The notes beneath the pieces were generated by a model. That model was not told the DNA's origin, ran no database searches, and saw only the letters and a list, made by a program, of their open reading frames with translations. 64,000 nt of DNA, taken from positions 6,539-70,538 of the forward strand of contig JAIORP010000012.1 of assembly GCA_021108075.1 (NCBI GenBank), given 5' to 3'. The position numbers were made by a program, and so were the translations under genes. This document shows positions 9,992 to 20,600 of the stretch, piece by piece. The first letter of the stretch is position 1; every line of letters begins with the position of its first letter. This stretch comes from Candidatus Omnitrophota bacterium. GTDB lineage: Bacteria > Omnitrophota > Gorgyraeia > Zapsychrales > Zapsychraceae.

Positions 9992-11719
9992 ATGAAAATA
10001 ATTCTGATTAAAGATACAGGACCAACTGAGAAGACGAAGATCATTTATGATCTTTTCAACGCCTTGTTGCGCGATGCCGGTATGCATGCAGATTACCAGG
10101 TTGTGCGCGCGGCGGATATCGGTATTTACGGGAAAGGCGTGGTTGTCAAGATTTTTCCAGGCGATATTGTTTATCAAAACGTCCAGGAAGATGATGTTAA
10201 CAATATTATTGATACAACATTAAAGCAAAATAAACCGATTAAAGATTTGCGGCTTGATTTTCAAAACAAACAAATTCGTATCGTCTTAAGGAATTGTGGT
10301 GTCATTGATCCGGAGAAGATTGATGATTACATCGGGCAAGACGGTTATCAGGGCATAAAGAAGGTTCTTCAGAAGTTTGATCCTGAAAAAGTCATTGACG
10401 AAATGAAAACGAGTGGACTCCGCGGCCGGGGAGGCGGTGGTTTTCCCACCTGGATGAAATGGAATTTCGCCCGGGGCGTCGAAATGGACCAAAAGTACAT
10501 TATCTGTAATGCCGACGAAGGTGATCCAGGCGCTTACATGGACCGTAGCGTTTTAGAAGGCGATCCCCATTCCGTATTGGAAGGGATGATGATCGCTGGA
10601 TACACGGTCGGCGCGTCGAAAGGTTACCTGTATATCCGCGCTGAATATCCTCTGGCGATAGAACGGTGTCAAAAAGCGATTGACCAGGCCCGCGTGTATG
10701 GTTTCCTGGGGGAAAATATTTTAGGGTGCGGCTTTAATTTTGATTTAGATATACGTTTAGGGGCCGGTGCTTTTGTTTGCGGCGAGGAGACGGCTTTGAT
10801 CGCGTCCATTGAAGGAAAACGCGGCTGTCCACAGCCCAGACCGCCGTACCCGTCGATAAAAGGATTGTGGGGAAAGCCGACGGTTATTAATAACGTTGAG
10901 ACATTAGCCAATGTGCCGGTTATCTTGCATAAAGGAGGGGCCTGGTTTTCTAAGATCGGAAGCGAGACATCAAAGGGCACAAAAGTTTTTGCCTTAACAG
11001 GGAAAGTTCAGAATTCCAGTCTGATCGAAGTTCCGATGGGGATCACCTTACGCGAAATCGTTTTTGATATCGGCGGTGGAGTTTTGGATAATAAAAAGAT
11101 CAAGGCGATTCAGACGGGCGGACCTTCCGGCGGCGTGGTCCCGGAGGACCTGTTTGACACCCCTGTCGATTATGAGAACTTGCTTAAATTAGGATCGATT
11201 ATGGGATCCGGTGGAATGATTGTTATGGACGAAGATGATTGTATGATCGATATTTCAAAATTTTATTTAGGTTTTTGCGTCGAGGAATCCTGCGGGAAAT
11301 GCGCTCCTTGCCGGATAGGCGGAACACAGCTGTTGAACATCCTCACAGATATTTCCGAAGGCAAAGCCACGATGTCAGACCTGGACCGCTTAACGAAAAT
11401 TTCTTCCGCGATGCAGAAGGCTTCTTTGTGCGGATTGGGGCAATCAGCGGCGAACCCTGTTCTGTCAACATTGAAATTTTTTAAAAAAGAATACCACGGA
11501 CATATCGTTGAAAAGACATGTCAGGCGGGCAAGTGTTCAGGCCTGTTTAAATATGAGATTATCCAGAAAAAATGTAAGCGTTGCGGCTTGTGTCAACGGA
11601 ACTGTCCTGTTGGCGCCATCCCGGGAGATAAAGATAAAGGCTATTTAATCGAACAAGAGAAATGTATCCGTTGTGGCCGGTGCTTTGATGTTTGTAAATT
11701 TGAGGCTGTTGCCAGGTAG
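9992..11719 (+). CDS. hydB: NADH/FMN-binding diaphorase subunit (HydB/NuoF/HndC-like)
   Basis: GLRGRGGGGFPT, CNADEGDPGAYMDR, GAGAFVCGEETAL, ESCGKCAPCR, C-terminal 2x[4Fe-4S]. GGGAG RBS favours ATG9992. Confidence 0.92.
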   Translation: MKIILIKDTGPTEKTKIIYDLFNALLRDAGMHADYQVVRAADIGIYGKGVVVKIFPGDIVYQNVQEDDVNNIIDTTLKQNKPIKDLRLDFQNKQIRIVLRNCGVIDPEKIDDYIGQDGYQGIKKVLQKFDPEKVIDEMKTSGLRGRGGGGFPTWMKWNFARGVEMDQKYIICNADEGDPGAYMDRSVLEGDPHSVLEGMMIAGYTVGASKGYLYIRAEYPLAIERCQKAIDQARVYGFLGENILGCGFNFDLDIRLGAGAFVCGEETALIASIEGKRGCPQPRPPYPSIKGLWGKPTVINNVETLANVPVILHKGGAWFSKIGSETSKGTKVFALTGKVQNSSLIEVPMGITLREIVFDIGGGVLDNKKIKAIQTGGPSGGVVPEDLFDTPVDYENLLKLGSIMGSGGMIVMDEDDCMIDISKFYLGFCVEESCGKCAPCRIGGTQLLNILTDISEGKATMSDLDRLTKISSAMQKASLCGLGQSAANPVLSTLKFFKKEYHGHIVEKTCQAGKCSGLFKYEIIQKKCKRCGLCQRNCPVGAIPGDKDKGYLIEQEKCIRCGRCFDVCKFEAVAR

Positions 11720-11832
11720 GACCGGGGAGCTGATTATTAACGCGGATTGTCAGGGAACCATTGCTGAATACCATTCGCCATTTAAAAGATATTAAATGTA
11801 TTGTTGTTTATATTTATTGAGGAGGAATAGAA

Positions 11833-13578
11833 ATGATAAAAGCGCGTATTAACGGTATTACCGTTGAAGTCGAGAAAGGGACGACCATCCTTGACGCGGC
11901 CAGGACGGTTCAGATAGAGATACCGACATTATGTAAACACCAGGATTTACCGGCTTCCGCCGCCTGCGGTATTTGTATTGTTAAAGTGCGGGGCTCACGG
12001 AAAATGTTACGGGCCTGCTGTACGCCGATAGAAGACGGTCAGGAGGTTATTACCCATGATCCTGAAATCATTGAAACACGCCGCACGGTGGTTGAACTGA
12101 TTTTATCCAATCATCCCAATGATTGTTTGAAATGCGGTCGCAACAATAACTGCGAATTGCAGACGCTGGCGTCGGACTTTGCCATACGCGAAGATGTTTT
12201 TAAAAATATTGTCCGCGAAATACCAAAAGACAGTACGACCGGCACCATTGTTTTAGAACCGTCAAAATGCATCAAGTGTGGCCGTTGTGTTGAGGTGTGT
12301 CAGGGGATGCAGGACGTTTGGGCGTTGTCGTTTATTGACCGGGGGGTTGAGACGCGTATTTCTCCAGCCGGGGATATCCAATTGGGTGAATCACCCTGTG
12401 TTCGCTGTGGTCAATGTTCGGCCCATTGTCCGACGGGCGCGATTTTTGAGAAAGATGATACAATCAAAGTTTGGCGGGCATTGCAAGACGCGGATAAATA
12501 TTGTGTTGTTCAGATCGCGCCGTCCGTCCGTGTCGCTGTCGGCGAAGGATTTGGCTATGAACCGGGTACAAACTTGACCGGGAAGATTTATTCGATGTTG
12601 CGCCGGCTGGGTTTTAAAGCGGTCTTTGACACGAACTTCAGCGCTGACGTGACCATTATGGAAGAAGCCAGTGAGTTTGTCGAACGGTTTGTTCATAATA
12701 AAGGGCCCTTGCCACTCATCACGACGTGCTGCCCGGCCTGGGTTGATTTCATGGAAAAGTATGAAGCCGATATGATTGAACATTTTTCTTCCGCCAAATC
12801 ACCCCAACAGATGTTAAGCGTTTTAGCCAAGACCTATTATGCGGAAAAGATCGGAGTTGATCCTTCGAAGATTTACATGGTTTCGATCATGCCGTGCACC
12901 GCCAAGAAATATGAAATTACACGGAGTGAAGAGATGTTTATCGATGGCCGTCAAAACACGGATGTTGTTTTGACCACGCGTGAGTTTATCCGTATGATCA
13001 AACAGGCCGGAATCAATTTTAATGGGCTCAAAGATGAAGCTCCGGACCATATCCTCGGAGACTATTCCGGCGCGGGTGTTATTTTCGGCGCCACAGGTGG
13101 GGTCATGGAGGCCGCCTTAAGAACGGCGTATTATCTTGTGACCAATAAAAACCTCGACAAGTTTGAATTTGAAAATGTGCGGGGATTAAAGGGCGTGAAA
13201 GAAACGTCCATAACGATTGAAGGCACGGAAGTCAAGATCGCGATCGCGCATGGTTTAGGAAACGTCGAGTATGTGATCAATAAAGTCAAGGAAGCCAGGG
13301 CCAATAATCAACCTTTGCCTTATCACTTTATCGAGGTCATGGCCTGTCCAGGCGGGTGTGTCGGCGGCGGTGGGCAGCCTTACGGCGTCTCCGATGATGT
13401 GCGCATGAAAAGGGCTAAAGGTTTATACTCCGATGACGAAGGCAATGCCGTCCGCTGCAGTCATGATAATCCGTATGTTAAGAAATTGTATGAGGAATAT
13501 CTGGAAAAGCCCCTTAGTGAAAAAGCGCATCACCTGTTACATACAAAGTATATTCCTAAACCGGAATACCGGAAGTAA
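11833..13578 (+). CDS. hydA: [FeFe] hydrogenase catalytic subunit, group A3-type (electron-bifurcating)
   Basis: H-cluster motifs TTCCPAW, MPCTAKKYE, EVMACPGGCVGGGGQP. N-terminal 2Fe-2S, His-ligated 4Fe-4S and 2x4Fe-4S. Confidence 0.96.
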   Translation: MIKARINGITVEVEKGTTILDAARTVQIEIPTLCKHQDLPASAACGICIVKVRGSRKMLRACCTPIEDGQEVITHDPEIIETRRTVVELILSNHPNDCLKCGRNNNCELQTLASDFAIREDVFKNIVREIPKDSTTGTIVLEPSKCIKCGRCVEVCQGMQDVWALSFIDRGVETRISPAGDIQLGESPCVRCGQCSAHCPTGAIFEKDDTIKVWRALQDADKYCVVQIAPSVRVAVGEGFGYEPGTNLTGKIYSMLRRLGFKAVFDTNFSADVTIMEEASEFVERFVHNKGPLPLITTCCPAWVDFMEKYEADMIEHFSSAKSPQQMLSVLAKTYYAEKIGVDPSKIYMVSIMPCTAKKYEITRSEEMFIDGRQNTDVVLTTREFIRMIKQAGINFNGLKDEAPDHILGDYSGAGVIFGATGGVMEAALRTAYYLVTNKNLDKFEFENVRGLKGVKETSITIEGTEVKIAIAHGLGNVEYVINKVKEARANNQPLPYHFIEVMACPGGCVGGGGQPYGVSDDVRMKRAKGLYSDDEGNAVRCSHDNPYVKKLYEEYLEKPLSEKAHHLLHTKYIPKPEYRK

Positions 13579-13803
13579 TATAAGAGGGAAAAAGGTGGAG
13601 AATAGCGGTATAATTTAAGCCATAAGTTGTTGTTTTATTCTGGATAATAATAAAGTATCCGGGAGCTCTTCAAATATTGAGAAGTTGGGTTAAATCCGGT
13701 AATATGTTAGTATTTCGAAAAATAGGCCAGACGTTTTTTGTTTTATTCGTATCACCATATTTTTATTTTACCTTTTACCGTTAACCTTTTTACTTTAGAA
13801 ATT

Positions 13804-14148
13804 ATGCACGAAATGTCGATCGTAACAGTTTTGATTGATCAAGTTATTGATATCGCTCAGCGGAACCGGCTGAAAGATGTTCAGGTCGTTGTGCTCGTGG
13901 CCGGACAGTTGCGTCAGGTCGTACCGGAAATGATGCAGGAAGCTTTTAAAGCGGTTATTCCTGGCACGATTGTTGAAGGCGCTGTTTTGCGGGTTGAAGC
14001 GGAAGCGGCCCTTGTCCGTTGTCGTGCTTGCCAGGCGGAGTACCAGCCGGACGTGGATGATTTTATTTGTCGGTCGTGCCAAAAGGCGGATGTCGAGATT
14101 TTGCGAGGGAATGATATTATATTAAAAACGATAGAAGGGAACAAATAG
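13804..14148 (+). CDS. hypA: Hydrogenase nickel metallochaperone HypA
   Basis: MHEMS start at 13804; two CxxC (CRAC, CRSC). Confidence 0.92.
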   Translation: MHEMSIVTVLIDQVIDIAQRNRLKDVQVVVLVAGQLRQVVPEMMQEAFKAVIPGTIVEGAVLRVEAEAALVRCRACQAEYQPDVDDFICRSCQKADVEILRGNDIILKTIEGNK

Positions 14149-14161
14149 CCGCCGGGTGATT

Positions 14162-14266
14162 ATACCAATGCCATTAAATAATGACAAAAAACCGATTCTG
14201 TTTTTCTCGACGCTAAGGCAAGAATATCAGAATTGAAATAGAATAATTAATGAATGGATTTGGTAT
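14162..14266. repeat. MITE-like intergenic repeat, near full-length copy
   Basis: ATACCAATGCCATTAAATAA...TCGACGCTAAGGCAAGAATATCAGAATTGAAATAGAA...AATGGATTTGGTAT. Confidence 0.8.
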
Positions 14267-14293
14267 GAGTTTAAATATCGGGGAGGGGTTTTG

Positions 14294-14971
14294 ATGAAAG
14301 TGAATGTGGTAAAAAATGTTTTAAGGGCCAATGATATTGTCGCGCAGGAAAACAGATCGGTTTTTAAAGATAAAGGTGTTTTGGCCTTGAATTTGATCAG
14401 CTCCCCGGGCAGCGGGAAGACGACGTTATTAGAAAAGACATTGCCCGTGTTGAGTCCTGATAAATCGATTGTTTTAGTCGGTGATCTGGAAACCACCCGT
14501 GATGCCGAACGCGTCGCTCCACACGCCCTGAATGCCACCCAGATCAACACCGGCCTGAGCTGCCATCTTTACGCGAATCAGATCGCTCAAAGTTTGTCAG
14601 CTTTACCCCTTGATGACGCCCAATATTTGTTCATTGAGAACGTTGGCAATATGGTCTGCCCGGGAGAGTTTGATCTTGGTGAAAATTTGAAGATTATTTT
14701 GTTGAGCGTTCCGGAAGGGGATGATAAGGTCGCCAAATATCCCACGATTTTTCGTGTCGCGGACCTTATTTTGCTCACCAAATGCGAGTTGCTCGATATT
14801 TTGCCTTTTGATGTCCAACGTGTCAAAGAGGATTTAGCGAAACTCAATTCCAACACAACATTATTGCCGTTTTCATCCTTTAAAGGGGATGGCATGGATG
14901 TCTGGATCGACTGGCTGAAACAAAAGCGTCAAGAAAGCATCGGCGCCCAAGCGAAATTTGTGACGGAATAA
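14294..14971 (+). CDS. hypB: Hydrogenase nickel incorporation GTPase HypB
   Basis: SSPGSGKTTLLE, CHL, ENVGNMVCP, EGDDKVAKYP. Confidence 0.95.
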   Translation: MKVNVVKNVLRANDIVAQENRSVFKDKGVLALNLISSPGSGKTTLLEKTLPVLSPDKSIVLVGDLETTRDAERVAPHALNATQINTGLSCHLYANQIAQSLSALPLDDAQYLFIENVGNMVCPGEFDLGENLKIILLSVPEGDDKVAKYPTIFRVADLILLTKCELLDILPFDVQRVKEDLAKLNSNTTLLPFSSFKGDGMDVWIDWLKQKRQESIGAQAKFVTE

Positions 14972-15241
14972 AAAAAGTACCAACCGTCCCTACTTTTTTT
15001 ACAATGGATGATTAATAATATTTTCTTCTGGATTAGTTCTAAGTTTAACGGTATTCTTACTCATAAGGTATTCTTTTGATTTCGCGTGCGTTAACACACG
15101 GGTTTTATGGGTTCCTTTTTGAAAGGATACTCTTTTTTTTATTTTTATTTAAGCTCAAAATCACAACATTCAAGTATATCCCATATGTTATACGCGGTAG
15201 AAACCGTAATAGAAACATAAGAAAAGCAAAGGAGAAACAGC

Positions 15242-17200
15242 ATGTTTTCATTCAAAGATTTAAGTGTAAGGGCGAAAGTTTTATCAGCTGTGGGAAGTGT
15301 GTTGTTGATTTTGTTTTTTCTTGGCGCGCTGGCAATTACGAATTTTAACGCGATAAAGACAGAGATTGACGGACTTTTGCTCGCATCAGATATTCAGACA
15401 AACGCGTTTAGAATGAGGATGGAAGAGAAAAATTATCTTTTGCATCATAAGGATGAAAATTATAAAAAGGCAAAAGAAGATTTAAAGCATATTCATAAAG
15501 ATCTGGATACGATCAATGAAACATCAAAAGATAAAGGTCTTCTTGACCATGCGCGTAAAATGGGAGAAGAGGTTGAAAAATATGAAACTCTCTTTAGCCA
15601 GTTAGTGGAAGACAAAAGAAAAGAACTTCATGATGAAGAACTTATGAATAAAGAAGGAAGAAAGGTGGCAGATCTCTTTAGAGCATATTTTTCAGGGCAG
15701 GCGGCTGACATGAAAAAAGCGGTGGCAAGCGGTAATATCGAAGAGATTAAAATAAAAGAGTCACGTTATGCTAACGCGGTAAAAGGATTCAACTTAATCT
15801 CAAGTATTCGTCTCAGACAGAGAGAATATATAGTAGACCATGAGAAAGAGATATATGAAAGAATGAAAAAAGAATTAAAAGAACTTTTGGCCCTGTATGA
15901 TGAGATGCATGGGTATACAAGGCAGGAGAAAAATAAGAAGGCAATCCTTGGGGCTAAAAAGGTTACACTCGCGTATGTAAAGGAAATGGAAGAATGGGTG
16001 AAACTGGACCATGAGATCAGAGTAGAAATTTTGCCTGAGATGAGGGCATTAGGAAATGATGTTATTCATGTTGCTCAGGAATCTAACGATCACGCGGTGC
16101 ATTTAATGGTTTCAAAACAGAAGGAAGCCAAAAGCATTATTACCATAGGGTTGATTGTCGCGATATTAATAGGTGTGTTCCTTGGGTTTATGATAGGAAA
16201 TATGGTTTCGGGAGCTATTAAAAAAGTGGTTGATATGCTTAAAGATATTGCCGAAGGTGAAGGGGATTTAACCAAAAGGATACCGGTTGATTCAAAAGAT
16301 GAAACCGGCCAGCTTGCCCAGTGGTTTAATACCTTTATCGGTCAGGTTGAAGGCATTATTGGTCAGGTTGCAGACTCGGCGAATCAGCTTTCTGCCGCGA
16401 CAGAGGAGATATCATTGTCGGCACAGCAGATTTCAGACGGCGCGCAACAGCAATCATCAAGTTTTGAAGAATTATCCAGTTCTGTTCAATCTACCGCGGA
16501 AAATTCTATATTGGCAAATAAGATATCAAAAGAAGCTGAACAAAAAGCACATATAGCAGAGGAAGCTATGGGAAGCACCGTTGAGGCAATGACATCTATT
16601 GAAAAAGGCGCGGGACAGATTGCTGAGGCTGTCAGCTTGATCACTGATATCGCTGATCAAACCAACCTTTTGGCTCTTAATGCTGCGATTGAAGCGGCAC
16701 GCGCGGGTGAGCATGGAAAAGGGTTTGCTGTTGTCGCGGATGAAGTAAGGCGACTCGCGGAACGATCGGCTATCTCCGCGAAAGACATAGAAACTTTAAT
16801 AAAAGGTAGTTTAAAAGAAGTTGAAGATGGGGTGAAAGTTTCCCAAAAATCAGGTTCTGATGTCAAAGAAGTTGTTGGGAATATTAATACGATAGCGGGG
16901 CGACTGCAAGAAATTTCAAGTTCCACTCAAGAGCAGGCATCTGCAATGGAAGAAAACACTTCTATTGTTGAATCCAATGCTGCTGCTTCAGAAGAACTTG
17001 CAGCATCCGCGGAAGAGATGGCAGGGCAGGCAGAGGCGCTGCAGAATCTTGTTGCGCAGTTTAAGATAAGTGAAAGGGTGAATGCCTCGGGAATGGAAGC
17101 AACTGGCGTGAAGAAAGAGACGCCTAAGGTCCAAGCAGAAATTCCAAGAAAGGATAAAGATAGAGATAGAGATGAAGATGAAGAGTTAAGAATAGGCTGA
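15242..17200 (+). CDS. Methyl-accepting chemotaxis protein
   Basis: Two TMs around a helical sensor, HAMP, signalling hairpin [34 protein letters not shown]. Confidence 0.95.
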   Translation: MFSFKDLSVRAKVLSAVGSVLLILFFLGALAITNFNAIKTEIDGLLLASDIQTNAFRMRMEEKNYLLHHKDENYKKAKEDLKHIHKDLDTINETSKDKGLLDHARKMGEEVEKYETLFSQLVEDKRKELHDEELMNKEGRKVADLFRAYFSGQAADMKKAVASGNIEEIKIKESRYANAVKGFNLISSIRLRQREYIVDHEKEIYERMKKELKELLALYDEMHGYTRQEKNKKAILGAKKVTLAYVKEMEEWVKLDHEIRVEILPEMRALGNDVIHVAQESNDHAVHLMVSKQKEAKSIITIGLIVAILIGVFLGFMIGNMVSGAIKKVVDMLKDIAEGEGDLTKRIPVDSKDETGQLAQWFNTFIGQVEGIIGQVADSANQLSAATEEISLSAQQISDGAQQQSSSFEELSSSVQSTAENSILANKISKEAEQKAHIAEEAMGSTVEAMTSIEKGAGQIAEAVSLITDIADQTNLLALNAAIEAARAGEHGKGFAVVADEVRRLAERSAISAKDIETLIKGSLKEVEDGVKVSQKSGSDVKEVVGNINTIAGRLQEISSSTQEQASAMEENTSIVESNAAASEELAASAEEMAGQAEALQNLVAQFKISERVNASGMEATGVKKETPKVQAEIPRKDKDRDRDEDEELRIG

Positions 17201-17217
17201 AATATTATAGAGTAGGA

Positions 17218-17245
17218 GGGGATCAAAGAATATTTTTTGATCCCC
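17218..17245 (+). terminator. Hairpin after mcp
   Basis: GGGGATCAAAGAA-TA-TTTTTTGATCCCC. Confidence 0.5.
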
Positions 17246-17320
17246 TGGAAGAAAGATGCTAGCCTGTGAATGAATTTGAAAACGTCAAAAAATCCACTTG
17301 AGAAAAAAGTAAATTCTAAT

Positions 17321-17359
17321 TATATGAGGGGTCGGGGAGCTTTTCCGACCCCTCATATA
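17321..17359. terminator. 15-bp perfect inverted repeat, possible bidirectional terminator
   Basis: TATATGAGGGGTCGG-9 nt-CCGACCCCTCATATA. Confidence 0.5.
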
Positions 17360-17698
17360 TATTTTAAAATTTTCAGTTTTCCTCCAAAGAGAATGTCGGG
17401 ATTGTTTATCGCGACCCCATCAAGTATAGCTCCGCAACTCCAATGCCTGTGAAAGTGGGATGAGAGTTAAATCCAGAAACGAAGATTAGCGCCAATAGCG
17501 CTTGTAATAGTAAGTCCCCCGGGTGTGAACCCGTGGGAAGCTATTTTTCAGGCTCATTTTGCAGTAGAAAAGACTCTATTTTGATATATAATAATATATG
17601 TTGTATACTTATTTAGTTAAGTATTAATTTTCTTTATATTATGGCATTCATTGCAAGATGAGTTGCCATCCCTAATTCTACCATCGAATTTTTAACCG

Positions 17699-20600
17699 TT
17701 GATTATTTTTATGCCGTCAAAATCTATGTCTTACAAATTGTTTTGCCTCTTTTTGATCCTCGCGCTCGGTGTTCATATGATCATGCCTGCCACGGGTTTT
17801 GCGCAAGGGATGATATCTTTGCCCATACCAGGTGAAATGGTGAGGGTCAGCCCGGTCTTTGATCCCATGATGATCCGGGGCGTGATGGTCAGTCCGGATA
17901 ACCCCTTTGAACTGAAATTTTTAATGGATAGCGGTGACGCGATCCTGGCTGATGAAGCCCTTAAGAAGGAGGGGCAGGGATTAATCAAGTATTTTTTGGC
18001 TACATTAACGACTCCGGATGAGGATCTGTGGGTTAATCTTTCTCCTTATGAAAACGACCGTATCATGGCCAATGAATTCGGTCAGACCGAAATGGGCCGG
18101 GATATGTTGGCCCAGGATTACTTGTTGAAGCAATTGACCGCCTCTTTAATGTATCCGGAAGAAGAACTGGGTAGACGGTTTTGGGAACGTGTTTACGAAG
18201 AAGCGTACAAACGCTTCCGCACGACGAATATTTTAGTCAACACGTTTAATAAGGTATGGATCATTCCTGAGTACGCGGATGTGTATGAAAAAGACGGTGT
18301 GGCGTATATTCTTGACTGCCGGCTAAAGGTTATGTTGGAGGAAGATTATATCGCCTCCCAGCAAGTGTTGGGTAATGCTGCTTGGGCCCGTAAGCTTGGC
18401 GTGGCTGACTTGACGGAAGAAGATAAAGCGAATTTGTTCGCCTCACAGAGCGATCCTTTAAAAGCCATCCTTAAGGAAATCATTGTTCCTGAAATTGAAC
18501 GGGAAGTCAATGAAGGACGAAATTTTGGACAGCTTCGTCAGATATTCTACTCGATGATTTTAGCGACATGGTACAAAGAGCGCCTGAAAAATTCCATCCT
18601 CAATCATGTCTACTCGAATCAAAAAAAAATAAACGGCATTGATGTCGAGGACAAAGACATTAAAGAAAAGATCTACCAACAGTATATCACCGCCTTTAAA
18701 CGTGGTGTTTACAATTACATTAAAGAGCAGTATGATCCGCAAAAAGGCGAGGTCATCCCACGCAAATATTTTTCCGGCGGGGCGACGTGGATCAATATCA
18801 AGGATGTGACCCGTTACCACAAAGAACTTCCATCAAATTTCGATAAGGTTCCCCGGTCCGATTTTGCCATGCTGACCAGGTTAGATGATTCCGCCCAAGC
18901 GGCGCCGCGCGCGATGGACGCGGCGATGCTCGACACCTCAGGCCGTCAAAGAGCCCGCCAGGATGCTTTTGAAAAGCTTGTCCGTGACCGTTTTGAGTTT
19001 GATAACGTGATCGCTTCTTTTAATGATTTGCTCAAGGGAGCTAATCTTAAAGTTTATCCATCCCGCGCGGATCTCTATCAGTATGAAGGCGGTCTGGATA
19101 CCGGAAGTTACTTCTTTACAAAATTAGTCGGGTATGGCCTCGACGCTCAGAGGAAATACATCGCGTTAAGGCGCTTGATTGAGCAGGATCAGTTTTTAGA
19201 TTTTATAAGTGGAGAGGCAACCTTTTCTCGTGGTGACCTATTGCGGATATTGAAAAATAAAGAATTGGACGATGAACTGGACCTGATATTAAAAGATCAA
19301 GACAGTTATGATGATTTTATTTCGATGTTAGCAGACCGGGACTATATGGATATTCTTTTCAGTCACACAGGGACCGCTGAGATTTATATTGAAAATAACA
19401 AGTTGGTTGCTCAATTACCCAATACTCAGCTCGTCGATGTACTGGGATTTATTTCTTTTTCCCCTGAGGATCGAAATATTGAGTTCCTCCTGTCCGAGAA
19501 TTCCATGGCCCAGTTCCTTTTTGATATCCGCCGACAAGTGCTGCCATTGTTAGTTGAGGCCGCGCAGGAATATGGATGGGGATTCCGCTCTCCGCTTGAA
19601 GTTGAGCTTTCGGATGCTGTCAGGCCAATCGCAAATGTGATTTCAAGAGTCCGGGAGCAGGAATTAGAACGGTTTTTAGGCCAGGATACGTTTAGCCGCC
19701 GGGTCGAAGACTTAGAACATGGGGCTTTTCAAAATTTAAAGGATTTGTTCCAGGAAAGGAAGCAGCAGGGGCAGCCGGTAATGATTGGCATCAGCGGTTT
19801 ACCCGGAGGCGGGAAAACGCAGAAAGATAAACGTGTCGCGGCAGCGATAGCAGAAGTTGTTAAGGAAGATATTGTGATCATCGACGAAGACCGGTTTATA
19901 AAACAGCGGGCGCCCGTGGACACCCGGGGGGAAGGATTGGGAGGGAAATTTGACTGGTCTGCGCATGATCAGAGCCTTAAGGACTTGCGGGAAGGCCGCT
20001 CCGTAATGGCACAGATGTATGATCCTGTGACGGGGGGGAATCCGATGTTGGCCCTCACGGAGGCCGGAAACATCATTATTTTGAATGGAAACAGGACGAT
20101 AACCATTGTCGCTGATAAAGACCAGAATCTTTTTGACTTGATCGAAGAAGAGCATCAACCCGGTCAACCAGCGCAAGTGATCAGGCATCATTTTAAGACG
20201 GAGAACTTGACGCAGAGCGGTCCGTTTACATCAGGTTCAACGGTCTATCAATTTAAAATAGAGAACGGAAAGTTAATGGTCGGATTTCAGGGGTATGATG
20301 TCTTACGATTGGAAGAACAGAACGCGCCCCGCAACATCTTGGCCATGACACAATATGAAATTGATTTAACACGTGAAGACCTCGTCGCGCGGATCCAACT
20401 GTCGGGAGAACATAAACATCTCGAAGCGCAAAGTGTTTTTCCCCTGAACGTCGTGTCTGACCGGATGGATGTGAACGCTGTGAGTCGTGCTATTCTCTTA
20501 AAGGAAGTCATCCCGACGGACAAACCGATTGTGTTTTCAGGAACGCATGCCTATACCCAGTATAAAGATAATAAGTTCGTGTCGAATGATCAGATCTTTG

